From a virus (taxonomy: Duplodnaviria; Heunggongvirae; Uroviricota; Caudoviricetes), in IMG/VR virus record IMGVR_UViG_3300027819_000007, positions 147,787-163,635 of that record: a DNA stretch of 15,849 nucleotides, one strand, 5' to 3'. A model generated the notes under the pieces. The model saw only the letters and a program-made list of their open reading frames with translations. It made no database searches and had not been told where the DNA came from. Shown here piece after piece: positions 1 to 7,636 of this stretch. The position numbers and the translations under genes are program-made. Position 1 is the stretch's first letter. The number at the start of each line of letters is the position of its first letter.

Positions 1-2
1 AG

Positions 3-608
3 CAAGGCTTTCCCCACCAAGAACCAGATCCCTACCTTGGAGTGAAACGAACTTACTTAGCTAAACGACCTGCCAATAAGTATCAATGTCTAGGATGTTT
101 TACGTTCCGAAGGACTAGAGTTACCATACCGTTTTTGAGTGGTGGATTCAAGGATGGTAGGAGTCCATTGGATTACTCGTGGTGGATTAGTGAAAGTGAA
201 GTAAGAGCGGTAACGGATAAGTGTCACAAACACCTTTATGAGAAGTTACTCCAACCCCCTTTGAAGTTCGTCCTCTCTTTACTTAATGACCCCAAGTCCA
301 AAAACCATCTTCAACTTGCCATTGTGAATGAACTTAGTGAAATCAAAGCTGACACACCCCTTTGTTTTAATCTCAACAACACAACGATGAAGTACACCAT
401 TTATGAACTTGAGGAAGCATTGCGTCATGGTAGTGTAGGGAAGGAACCAGGAGTACAAGCCTTAACGAAACTTCTTGGTCCCCACAATTTGCCCCCTAAA
501 CCGGAAGACATTAGGAAGCCAGGACGACCTTTTGAACGTGATGATAGAAACCAATCGATTCGTCCTGTGGTGAGTAGCAGTGTTCTACCTCCTAAAAAGG
601 GAAGATGA
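3..608 (+). CDS. Hypothetical protein, 5'-partial; the only plus-strand gene candidate
   Basis: The frame is open from the window edge (QGFPHQEPDPYLG precedes the GTG at 42) to TGA 606-608. Its stop lies 3 nt from the stop of the convergent minus-strand gene, and the minus strand here has no long ORF. No family recognised. Confidence 0.55.
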   Translation, partial: QGFPHQEPDPYLGVKRTYLAKRPANKYQCLGCFTFRRTRVTIPFLSGGFKDGRSPLDYSWWISESEVRAVTDKCHKHLYEKLLQPPLKFVLSLLNDPKSKNHLQLAIVNELSEIKADTPLCFNLNNTTMKYTIYELEEALRHGSVGKEPGVQALTKLLGPHNLPPKPEDIRKPGRPFERDDRNQSIRPVVSSSVLPPKKGR

Positions 609-611
609 TAA

Positions 612-1673
612 CTACACTCCAAACCAGTTACGCAACTTCTCCATAATGGTATCCCTCTCCCAATCTTCAGCGAGTTGCTTACCTTCTTCTAAGGATAAAC
701 GTCCTTTTTTGAATCTCCCATTTATGAAAAAATCCCACGTCTTCCCACCAATAGAACGGTTCACTAAGGAGTAGTTCCACCTAGCCCCCTTTGCAAAATA
801 ACTAGCATAAGCAAACTCTGTATCACTAATTCCTTCAATTACCTCCTCCCACTCCAACACAGGTCCATTCGCTACTGCCCTTACTTCTTCATGATGAGGG
901 TACATCTCCTCTCCCCTAGCAACATCAATATCCTCCACAGCATCAGCAATAATCTCCCACGGAGTATCGTTGTCTTCCGTGTTCCGAATCAAAGCCGCAA
1001 CTCGTTGTTCGTAAGTCATGTACTGAGCATCATTGGGTTCAAACAATGCCTTCTTACGATACTTTCTTCGATCTATTTTCCTCAATGCTTCAAGGATGGC
1101 AGCAGTGTAATGAGGAGCCCAATTAGATTCTCTGACTCCTCTATGTATTTCTTCCGAAATAAATCGTTGTGTTGGCTGGCTATCTATTCTCACAGCAGCC
1201 AAAATAGAAGCAAGAGCACCTGTATAAGTGTGCTCCTCATGCACTCCATAATCCTCTGGGTCTACCCTTTCCTTTATCCAATCTTCCAAAGCATCGACCG
1301 CTGCTGGATTGTTATTCACGATAGCATCATAAACCATCGACTGAATAGTAGTCTTACCCTGCTTGGAAAGAGCTTTGGCACGATACTTCAGACGGAGGGA
1401 TTTAGTATCTTTTGAGAATAGATGCCTGAGCATTTCTCCTTCCCATTGGTCTTTGAATACCTTCTCAAGAGCAAAACAAGTTTCTTTCAACTCTTCCCAC
1501 TGATTGTCCTCTTCATGAAATAATGGGACATCTTTCCCCGTAGCGATCTTGTAGAAGTTGGAAGCCCATACCGTTCCTGGGTAGTTCTCTTCAATGTAAT
1601 CCAACACAATATCCACTATTGAATCATCGGTGGAAAGGTCTTCCAGCATCGCCAGGAATGTCGTATCTGCCAT
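612..1673 (-). CDS. Multi-module protein (353 aa) with TIGR02996-like modules and an internal KSLRLKY motif
   Basis: N-terminal FLAMLEDLSTDDSIVDIVLDYIEENYP, then KSLRLKY at aa 91-97, then AIVNNNPAAVDALEDWIKER and later IRNTEDNDTPWEIIADAVED. Starts 3 nt after the upstream stop. Confidence 0.85.
   Translation of the reverse strand: MADTTFLAMLEDLSTDDSIVDIVLDYIEENYPGTVWASNFYKIATGKDVPLFHEEDNQWEELKETCFALEKVFKDQWEGEMLRHLFSKDTKSLRLKYRAKALSKQGKTTIQSMVYDAIVNNNPAAVDALEDWIKERVDPEDYGVHEEHTYTGALASILAAVRIDSQPTQRFISEEIHRGVRESNWAPHYTAAILEALRKIDRRKYRKKALFEPNDAQYMTYEQRVAALIRNTEDNDTPWEIIADAVEDIDVARGEEMYPHHEEVRAVANGPVLEWEEVIEGISDTEFAYASYFAKGARWNYSLVNRSIGGKTWDFFINGRFKKGRLSLEEGKQLAEDWERDTIMEKLRNWFGV
1383..1403 (-). 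repeat. KSLRLKY motif copy 1 (internal)
   Basis: Coding-strand AAATCCCTCCGTCTGAAGTAT; context KDTKSLRLKYRAKAL. Confidence 0.9.
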
Positions 1674-1676
1674 TAC

Positions 1677-1865
1677 TCACTCATCCAGGTAAGGCCAGCC
1701 TTCTTCGATACTACGCCAAGCTTCCCGTTTAAGTCTTTCCTTCTCTACTTCATCGTCTGTGAGTTGACAAGTATCCTGTTGACATACTTTACACAAGCCA
1801 CTTCTGCTACGAGTCAATTCCCCACATCCCTCACAGGGATATGTAGGACGATATTTCCTGGACAT
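1677..1865 (-). CDS. Small Zn-finger-like protein (62 aa)
   Basis: CEGC...CKVC. The ATG at 1865 has AGGTG upstream and is preferred over the ORF-track start at 1874. Confidence 0.75.
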   Translation of the reverse strand: MSRKYRPTYPCEGCGELTRSRSGLCKVCQQDTCQLTDDEVEKERLKREAWRSIEEGWPYLDE

Positions 1866-1880
1866 AACCCACACCTAGCA

Positions 1881-2510
1881 TTAGTTAGGAGGTGGTGGTG
1901 GCATGGGTGCAGGAACAGGAGGAGGAACCACCTCTGGGTCATTGACCTTTCCATCCATTCGTGCTTGCCACTTCTTGTCGTTGTCCCGCATGTGCTTCAA
2001 GGTTCCCTCAATCCACCAACGAGGAACTCCAAGAATGATCCAATCCCTTACCATCCATCTAGTTGCTACACGATAGTTGTCCCACGGTTCATTACAACAT
2101 CCATAAGCCAGGTCGAAGTATTTCGAGTAAGTTCGATTCAAAAACCCCTGATAAGAATCTTCCCTAGATGGAGCATAACTAATATTCCCCTCTGTAGCAT
2201 CAACCATCCACAAACTATCAATCCAGGGATACTTCCCATCCTTATCCACGTAAGTATGCAGTTCTTTACCAACGGCTTCATCCCACAGTCTCTCACACCT
2301 TCTCTTCGTTTCCAGGTCGTTACTTTGCATCCCAAGGTAAAGAGCTTCCCTGGCTCCCATGCCATAGAGGAACAAGGTATCGTGAGCCTTTTGCCTTACG
2401 GGATAGTCATCGTGGCTTAGTTGTTTAACAAGGGCAAGTTGGTTCGGAGTAGGGGGAGCAAAGGATAGAGAGGTGAAAAGACAAAGGAAGGTAGTTAGTT
2501 CATTCATCAT
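1881..2510 (-). CDS. Secreted protein with a HEAT-like repeat and Pro-rich C-terminal tail
   Basis: GGAGG RBS and hydrophobic N-terminus (TTFLCLFTSLSFA). LVKQLSHDDYPVRQKAHDTL...AREAL...SNDLETKRRCERL resembles the HEAT-like pairs common in planctomycete proteins. Tail is PPPVPAPMPPPPPN. Confidence 0.75.
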   Translation of the reverse strand: MMNELTTFLCLFTSLSFAPPTPNQLALVKQLSHDDYPVRQKAHDTLFLYGMGAREALYLGMQSNDLETKRRCERLWDEAVGKELHTYVDKDGKYPWIDSLWMVDATEGNISYAPSREDSYQGFLNRTYSKYFDLAYGCCNEPWDNYRVATRWMVRDWIILGVPRWWIEGTLKHMRDNDKKWQARMDGKVNDPEVVPPPVPAPMPPPPPN

Positions 2511-2538
2511 CGGTTCCTCCGGAAGGTTCTAACATGTC

Positions 2539-3462
2539 CTATTGGATCACCCGCACTCGATAAGGATCATTTTGCGAACCAAACACTAACTCAATTCTAG
2601 CTCCTCCTACTCCTTGTGGTGCAAATCCTATGTCCGCAGCCCAGCTAGCTATACGTCCATGCTCCTCATAACTCTCCTGAGTCTGACCGTCATACGTGCG
2701 AAAATAAGCACCTGACATTATTTGACGAACGTCCTTCACTACTGGATCATAACCTTGCAATGGACAAGCATACGTTTGAATGGCACTGGCTAGGCGATTG
2801 TGCTTATGACCCATCCAAATTACATCTGCTTGTACCCAGCCCTTACGAGCAAAGTCAATCATCCCTTTAGTGATAGGAGCTGAACCACCACTGCCATGAT
2901 GATAGTAAATCACAAACCGTTTTCCGTTACCATGACCCACACCCTCCTTGTCATTCATTCTAAACCTATAATCGACGAATCCTGTGTATCCACCGAAGTG
3001 AATTGTGTGGTTCTTATCCTTCCGTAACTTCCGTAGTTCGTGTACCAAGATTTTGAGGACGTCAATATTGTGGTACTTCTCAATACTGGTCTCATGGTTG
3101 CCACAACCTACCATATCAATCAAGTCAGCATAGGGACCGAGGATCTCTACTCCCCATTCAATTGCTGCATTGATAATGTCTACTTTACCGACCAGACGAG
3201 GGTGGAGAACATCGGCTCGAAACCGTTTACGATCCGCAATGAGGATCATATCAAAGATGTCACCATTGAGGAGAATTCTATCGTTACTCTTCTTGGCATT
3301 TTCCAGCTCTTCCATGATTATGGAATAGTCTACGTTACGAGCACCGATATGAAGGTCCGAAAGAAGTGAGAAGCCTTGGATGAATCCGTTGTGGTAAATC
3401 ACAGGAGCAGGCCGACAGATAAAAAGACCGCCTTTGGGAACAGCCGTGCTCTTCGTGGTCAT
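2539..3462 (-). CDS. Calcineurin-like metallophosphoesterase (307 aa)
   Basis: All five motifs are present: SDLHIG, GDIFD, GNHE, HHG, GHKH. The ATG at 3462 overlaps the upstream TAA (TAATG), so the ORF-track start at 3561 is too long. Confidence 0.9.
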   Translation of the reverse strand: MTTKSTAVPKGGLFICRPAPVIYHNGFIQGFSLLSDLHIGARNVDYSIIMEELENAKKSNDRILLNGDIFDMILIADRKRFRADVLHPRLVGKVDIINAAIEWGVEILGPYADLIDMVGCGNHETSIEKYHNIDVLKILVHELRKLRKDKNHTIHFGGYTGFVDYRFRMNDKEGVGHGNGKRFVIYYHHGSGGSAPITKGMIDFARKGWVQADVIWMGHKHNRLASAIQTYACPLQGYDPVVKDVRQIMSGAYFRTYDGQTQESYEEHGRIASWAADIGFAPQGVGGARIELVFGSQNDPYRVRVIQ

Positions 3463-3731
3463 TAAGACCTCACTTTTCCTTGGTAAAATGGATTCCCTTC
3501 CTGGTTGGATTTTTCTTTGAATGCTTGTTTTGCTGCCCACGCAAGGGCATCGATATGACATCGTTCACACATCTTGGGACCAATGATCACGATGGGAAAA
3601 TCATCGTCTTGGTTACAAATAGGACAAGGTTCACGAAAGAAAGTAGGCATCATTCGCATGGGTAGTTCTCCTAGTTCTTGTTGAAACTGGTTAAGGATTT
3701 CTTCAACTGTAGTATTAGGACCAAGTATCAT
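3462..3731 (-). CDS. Small Zn-finger-like protein (89 aa)
   Basis: CPIC...CERC; tightly coupled to both neighbours. Confidence 0.75.
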   Translation of the reverse strand: MILGPNTTVEEILNQFQQELGELPMRMMPTFFREPCPICNQDDDFPIVIIGPKMCERCHIDALAWAAKQAFKEKSNQEGNPFYQGKVRS

Positions 3732-3732
3732 A

Positions 3733-4140
3733 TTACATTTCTCCCCTCAACCGCTGCATAAACTGCTCAACCAACAATATTACTTTCTCTATACGCTTCA
3801 CAGATTGTCTCAACTCTTCTGCATTTCTCCAATTCTGATCCCCTACTCCATCAGATCGGTTTTCAAAAGAAACAACAGAACGCTCCACATCATGCACCGC
3901 ACCCCTCAGACCTGTGAGCCACAAATTTGCTGACTGTTCAATTGTGATATTCCTACCATAAGATGTCCATTTCAATAATGCCCTAACCACTTCATCAAGT
4001 GGATCACCCTGCTCCTCCAACCAATCTCCCAGGATCATCAAGGTATCATAATCGGTAGGGTTCTCCCGTAGCTGAGCGAAGAGGTCGTCGCCATTACTCT
4101 TCTTTCGATACTTGAGACGGAGGGATTTGATGTCTTTCAT
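3733..4140 (-). CDS. KSLRLKY-tagged protein with a TIGR02996-like module (135 aa)
   Basis: MKDIKSLRLKYRKKS followed by LFAQLRENPTDYDTLMILGDWLEEQGDP, a close match to the remembered TIGR02996 pattern (xAIxxxPdDxxxRLxyADWLeExG). ATGA overlap with the upstream gene. Confidence 0.85.
   Translation of the reverse strand: MKDIKSLRLKYRKKSNGDDLFAQLRENPTDYDTLMILGDWLEEQGDPLDEVVRALLKWTSYGRNITIEQSANLWLTGLRGAVHDVERSVVSFENRSDGVGDQNWRNAEELRQSVKRIEKVILLVEQFMQRLRGEM
4108..4128 (-). repeat. KSLRLKY motif copy 2 (N-terminal)
   Basis: Coding-strand AAATCCCTCCGTCTCAAGTAT; context MKDIKSLRLKYRKKS. Confidence 0.9.
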
Positions 4141-4559
4141 TCTTCACCTGCTAGTGCTTCTTGTAATCCAGCGTCGTCAACCGGAACTCCCATACTGTTT
4201 CCCGCTTCGATAATCCTATCTAGAAGTTCTCTTAAAGCAGTAGCTATCTCAGAAGGAACGGACCAATTGATAGGGAAATATGACATTACTTGTACCTCAT
4301 CAATCCGTATCGATACTTTAATCCTCGGATGTTCCTGCCACTGATGCTCAATCCACTCTCCCCTATCCCAATCCCCTGTTGTCAAAGTTACCGGAGACTC
4401 GTGTCGAAAAGAGTAATCAAACCCTCCATAATTCTGCTCCTCCATTTTATCATGAAGCTCTTCCCACCTACCGGCATCGGCCATGCGGATAAAATCCCCA
4501 CGAACGAAGGTGTTGGACTTCTTACTGTATTTCATCCTCAGAGATTTGATCTTATTCAT
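4137..4559 (-). CDS. KSLRMKY-tagged protein (140 aa)
   Basis: The ATG at 4559 overlaps the upstream TGA (ATGA), with GGAG 9 nt upstream, giving MNKIKSLRMKYSKKS. A degenerate module follows (WEELHDKMEEQ). Confidence 0.8.
   Translation of the reverse strand: MNKIKSLRMKYSKKSNTFVRGDFIRMADAGRWEELHDKMEEQNYGGFDYSFRHESPVTLTTGDWDRGEWIEHQWQEHPRIKVSIRIDEVQVMSYFPINWSVPSEIATALRELLDRIIEAGNSMGVPVDDAGLQEALAGEE
4527..4547 (-). repeat. KSLRMKY motif copy 3 (N-terminal)
   Basis: Coding-strand AAATCTCTGAGGATGAAATAC. Confidence 0.85.
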
Positions 4560-4876
4560 CCTCCCACTCTCCAATCTCGATTCTCAATGGGTGGGGTCAG
4601 CAGCCCCTTCTCGAAACAAGATAAGTTGTAGACGGTAAAGTTAAAGCAGCCCCACGGGATCATGTCGATATTGTCATACACATCCAACTTGATTTCCTTG
4701 AGGAGAAGGGAGAGTTCATTACCATCTACACTGGTCGTACAAACATACCAGCCCCCAAACATATCGCATAGGCAAGACTTCAACCAACTCCTGGAAGCAA
4801 GAAGATTGACGATGTGATGGAACTCTTGTCTTCCATCACCCGCCAGGGTCCAACTTCTTGTTTCGAGAAAACTCAC
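4556..4876 (-). CDS. Hypothetical protein (106 aa)
   Basis: GTG start overlaps the upstream TGA (GTGA) and its stop overlaps the downstream ATG; no family recognised. Confidence 0.7.
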   Translation of the reverse strand: MSFLETRSWTLAGDGRQEFHHIVNLLASRSWLKSCLCDMFGGWYVCTTSVDGNELSLLLKEIKLDVYDNIDMIPWGCFNFTVYNLSCFEKGLLTPPIENRDWRVGG

Positions 4877-5001
4877 ATTCTACTCCCTAAAGCCCAATCT
4901 TCCACTTCCACATCTTCTCCAAAGGGAGGCTTATCTTCCGTCAAATCTCTAATAAGAGCATAGAGCCAGTAAATGCCCAGACAGCAAAGGATATATCTCA
5001 T
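4873..5001 (-). CDS. Small membrane protein (42 aa), not in ORF track
   Basis: Translated by hand: MRYILCCLGIYWLYALIRDLTEDKPPFGEDVEVEDWALGSRM. It fills the gap exactly, with ATGA and GTGA overlaps. Confidence 0.7.
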   Translation of the reverse strand: MRYILCCLGIYWLYALIRDLTEDKPPFGEDVEVEDWALGSRM

Positions 5002-5195
5002 GGAGGACTTCCTTCTTCTAAAGTAAAAGTTACCTTAACAATGTGATACTTTTGACTCTCCCAATAAGTCCAGTTGTTATTACCCCACTTCATCCACTCC
5101 GCATAGTGAAAGAAATTATCTTTCACCAACTTCTCTTTAGTAGAAAATGAAGGATCAATTATTTCCGTAGAGCCATCCTCTTTATCGTGAATCAC
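4998..5195 (-). CDS. Hypothetical protein; start uncertain
   Basis: The frame is open 4998-5318. The GTG at 5195 overlaps the upstream TAG/TGA and avoids a 124-nt overlap, but its RBS is weak. Confidence 0.55.
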   Translation of the reverse strand: MIHDKEDGSTEIIDPSFSTKEKLVKDNFFHYAEWMKWGNNNWTYWESQKYHIVKVTFTLEEGSPP

Positions 5196-5446
5196 TATCC
5201 AGCCACTAAGTTGCTTTTTCGTAGATGGGTTGATTTCTTTTTCACCATCCAACTCATGAACAAAACCATTCCGTCCAACCCCGCTTCGCAGGTGGTGGTT
5301 TGTGGATCGAGCCGCCATCCTCTCGTCTCCAGGTTCTTGAGGCGAGAAAGATGCTGTTCCCTGATCTCACTCACCTTCTCTAAAACTGCCTCCAGGGTAG
5401 GACAAGAAGATGTATTTCCTTCAGTGAACAAATTGAATCGATCCAT
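5195..5446 (-). CDS. Hypothetical protein (83 aa)
   Basis: ATG at 5446 with AGGAG 8 nt upstream (MDRFNLFTEG...); ends TAG-TGA. Confidence 0.65.
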   Translation of the reverse strand: MDRFNLFTEGNTSSCPTLEAVLEKVSEIREQHLSRLKNLETRGWRLDPQTTTCEAGLDGMVLFMSWMVKKKSTHLRKSNLVAG

Positions 5447-5483
5447 GATGATTACTCCTAATAAAGTTCTTTCTCTAACCTTA

Positions 5484-5729
5484 CTAAATTTGTGGGGTAA
5501 ATTCATGTATCACTTGAATAAATTGATCACTCACGGTAATCTGCTGACCACATTCACACTCCACTAAAGAATTGTGAGAGTAGTCAGAAGGACATCACTT
5601 TGGAATATGTTGAATGATCCTCTTGATGTGGTGTCCCTCATGCTTCTTGGGGAAGCAGGCTCCATCGACAACACAATGTCGTCCTGGATTGAAATCAATC
5701 GTAGCATTAATATTTTCACACGGCTGCAT
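5484..5729 (-). pseudogene. Cys/His-rich small gene interrupted by one in-frame TGA (pseudogene, sequence error or recoded)
   Basis: GAGGTG RBS then MQPCENINATIDFNPGRHCVVDGACFPKKHEGHHIKRIIQHIPK*CPSDYSHNSLVECECGQQITVSDQFIQVIHEFTPQI, ending TAG-TAA. The TGA is codon 45 (5595-5597). It fills an otherwise empty 240-nt gap. Confidence 0.55.
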
Positions 5730-5733
5730 GGAA

Positions 5734-6078
5734 TCACCTCATTCTATGTAAAATAACATTTGCTGTAAGTTTCGCTCCAAGAAGTATTTGATATTCCTCC
5801 AACATCTTTTCTATCTCTCCTTCCCCCTCCTCAGCACCATCCCTTACTTGTTCAATAGAGATACTATTTTCATATAATCTTGTTAAAAGATCATTATCTA
5901 TTCCAACCAAATTACAAATTTTCCTTGCTAGAGATACATGAAGAAATTCATTATTTGGAATACCTATTTTGTCCCACAGTTCAGGATGATTCTCACTAAG
6001 ATAATCACAAGCAATCATAGCGACATTTCTATCCTCAGTGGAAGTATCATAGAGCATACTTCTTAGAATTGTATCCAT
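5734..6078 (-). CDS. Protein with an N-terminal TIGR02996-like module and no KSLR tag (114 aa)
   Basis: MDTILRSMLYDTSTEDRNVAMIACDYLSENHP resembles the N-termini of 612-1673 and 11714-12403. Confidence 0.75.
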   Translation of the reverse strand: MDTILRSMLYDTSTEDRNVAMIACDYLSENHPELWDKIGIPNNEFLHVSLARKICNLVGIDNDLLTRLYENSISIEQVRDGAEEGEGEIEKMLEEYQILLGAKLTANVILHRMR

Positions 6079-6081
6079 CTT

Positions 6082-6543
6082 TTACTTTTTCAAACCTTTA
6101 ATAAAAGTCAAAGTTTCCTTGTACTTGTTCCCATCTCCCGGCAGAGTGGTCCAGGTACCTTCCAGCTTCTTCTCCTTGATCTCGTAGATGGCTACTCCAC
6201 GAACATTGTCCCCGGCAAAGCCTACGATGAGCCTTCCTTCATCCAGGATACCTACTCCGGACTGTGGGGTAGCTCCGTTGATCCAGATCACTGCATAGAC
6301 TTGACCTTGCTTGGCTATAACAACAAGAGAAGTGTATTCCTTATCTTTTACCATTCCATTCGCTTCGTAGTATCCGTCAAGGATTGGAGAGACAGGAGGT
6401 GGGGCAGGAGGAGCCTTATCTACTTGAGCAGGAGGAGGGATGGCATGTCCATAATGGACAGCCAAAGGATAAACAATACCAATCATCAAAAGATTGCCAA
6501 GAACCAGTGATCCACCACAAAATGCTTTCACACCTTCTGACAT
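6082..6543 (-). CDS. Membrane-anchored or exported beta-rich protein (153 aa)
   Basis: N-terminal hydrophobic helix, Pro-rich linker (PPPAQVDKAPPAPPPVSP), then alternating beta-strand pattern (GYYEANG, VYAVIW, GVGI, LEGTW) suggesting a small beta-barrel. Family not securely named. Confidence 0.75.
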   Translation of the reverse strand: MSEGVKAFCGGSLVLGNLLMIGIVYPLAVHYGHAIPPPAQVDKAPPAPPPVSPILDGYYEANGMVKDKEYTSLVVIAKQGQVYAVIWINGATPQSGVGILDEGRLIVGFAGDNVRGVAIYEIKEKKLEGTWTTLPGDGNKYKETLTFIKGLKK

Positions 6544-6546
6544 GAA

Positions 6547-7623
6547 TTACTCCCGGTAAAAAGGATTTTTCTTGACTTCCACATCCAGAAGAGGATCAGG
6601 ATTGGAAGGAGACATATCAGCCATCACACACTCAGGTTTGACTGAAGAATCCTTCATGGACTTTTCCATCGCTGCCAGATGAACCTGCTCCACGATCTTC
6701 TGGAAGACTTTCTTCTCCTTATGGACTCGCTGAGCAGTCTCAAACAAGGCTTCCTCTCGACAGCAAGCACACAGCCACTTCTGAATAGTATGAAGATAAT
6801 TCCCATTCCTGAAGAATCCAAAACGATCTAATTCCAACTCCACCCCACACACTCCACAGGAAATAGATTCCTTGTCTTTCCCATCTATAGGACAGGAATC
6901 CAACTTTTTGATTTCCGTATCCTTGTCAGGGATGTTAAACTTTCCAGGCATCGGTGTGGGCTGTGAATCTCTTGCAATCATATCCTGAAGATATTCTTTG
7001 CATTGAAGATTTACGGAATCAACTCTCTGAGCAGGAAGGAGAGCGTGGATAGAGTCAAGGATAAGTTTCTTCGTCTCCAGAATTTCCTCGTTGGTGATTT
7101 TCTTATCTCCTACCTTGGGAGTTACATTTACCGTCACGATAATTTGCATAGGTAGTCTCCTATCCTTATTGAATTTTCTCAACTTGCCAATTTGATTAGC
7201 AGGATCCAACATAGACTCTCGAATCTTCTCTACCGAAACCAAATACTCTCTTAACACCTCACTAACAGGCCCATCTTTCTCTTGCATCAATCCAATAAGA
7301 AGATGACTAGAATGAACATAGCCATCATCCCAATATCCCGCTTCTCTAATAGAAGCCTCAATCACCCTTCTTACCCGTGGGGTTTGCGGGAATATATCTG
7401 GCATAATCCTACTTTGACAAGGAGGAATCATGCTCGTTATTCGATTCAGAAGATGGTTTGTATCCACTCCCATATTCCACAAAACAGTAAAGCCTGCACC
7501 CTCCTCCCTAATAAGACCTATAAGGAGATGTTCAACATCAATCCACCCATGATTTAGTTTCTGGGATTCCAGATTGGATAACCTCATCACTTCCCTAAAA
7601 CCTGCTGTAGATTTTTGAATCAT
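6547..7623 (-). CDS. Clp N-terminal (Clp repeat) domain protein without an AAA+ module; Cys-rich C-terminal part
   Basis: aa ~9-140 carry two Clp-N repeats: LNHGWIDVEHLLIGLIRE and PQTPRVRRVIEAS...YVHSSHLLIGLMQE. No Walker A/B motif. Later CGVC...CACC. Confidence 0.85.
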   Translation of the reverse strand: MIQKSTAGFREVMRLSNLESQKLNHGWIDVEHLLIGLIREEGAGFTVLWNMGVDTNHLLNRITSMIPPCQSRIMPDIFPQTPRVRRVIEASIREAGYWDDGYVHSSHLLIGLMQEKDGPVSEVLREYLVSVEKIRESMLDPANQIGKLRKFNKDRRLPMQIIVTVNVTPKVGDKKITNEEILETKKLILDSIHALLPAQRVDSVNLQCKEYLQDMIARDSQPTPMPGKFNIPDKDTEIKKLDSCPIDGKDKESISCGVCGVELELDRFGFFRNGNYLHTIQKWLCACCREEALFETAQRVHKEKKVFQKIVEQVHLAAMEKSMKDSSVKPECVMADMSPSNPDPLLDVEVKKNPFYRE

Positions 7624-7636
7624 AATTTATATCTCT

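Noticed and set aside
10-18. TTCCCCACC matching one arm of the 10638-10674 inverted repeat
   Set aside because: It is a single 9-mer inside an open frame with no partner arm, which is compatible with chance.
3463-3561. ORF-track extensions at 3561, 4574, 5506, 11683 and 12662
   Set aside because: They overlap upstream genes. Downstream ATGs at 3462, 4559, 5446, 11593 and 12632 have better RBS or coupling.
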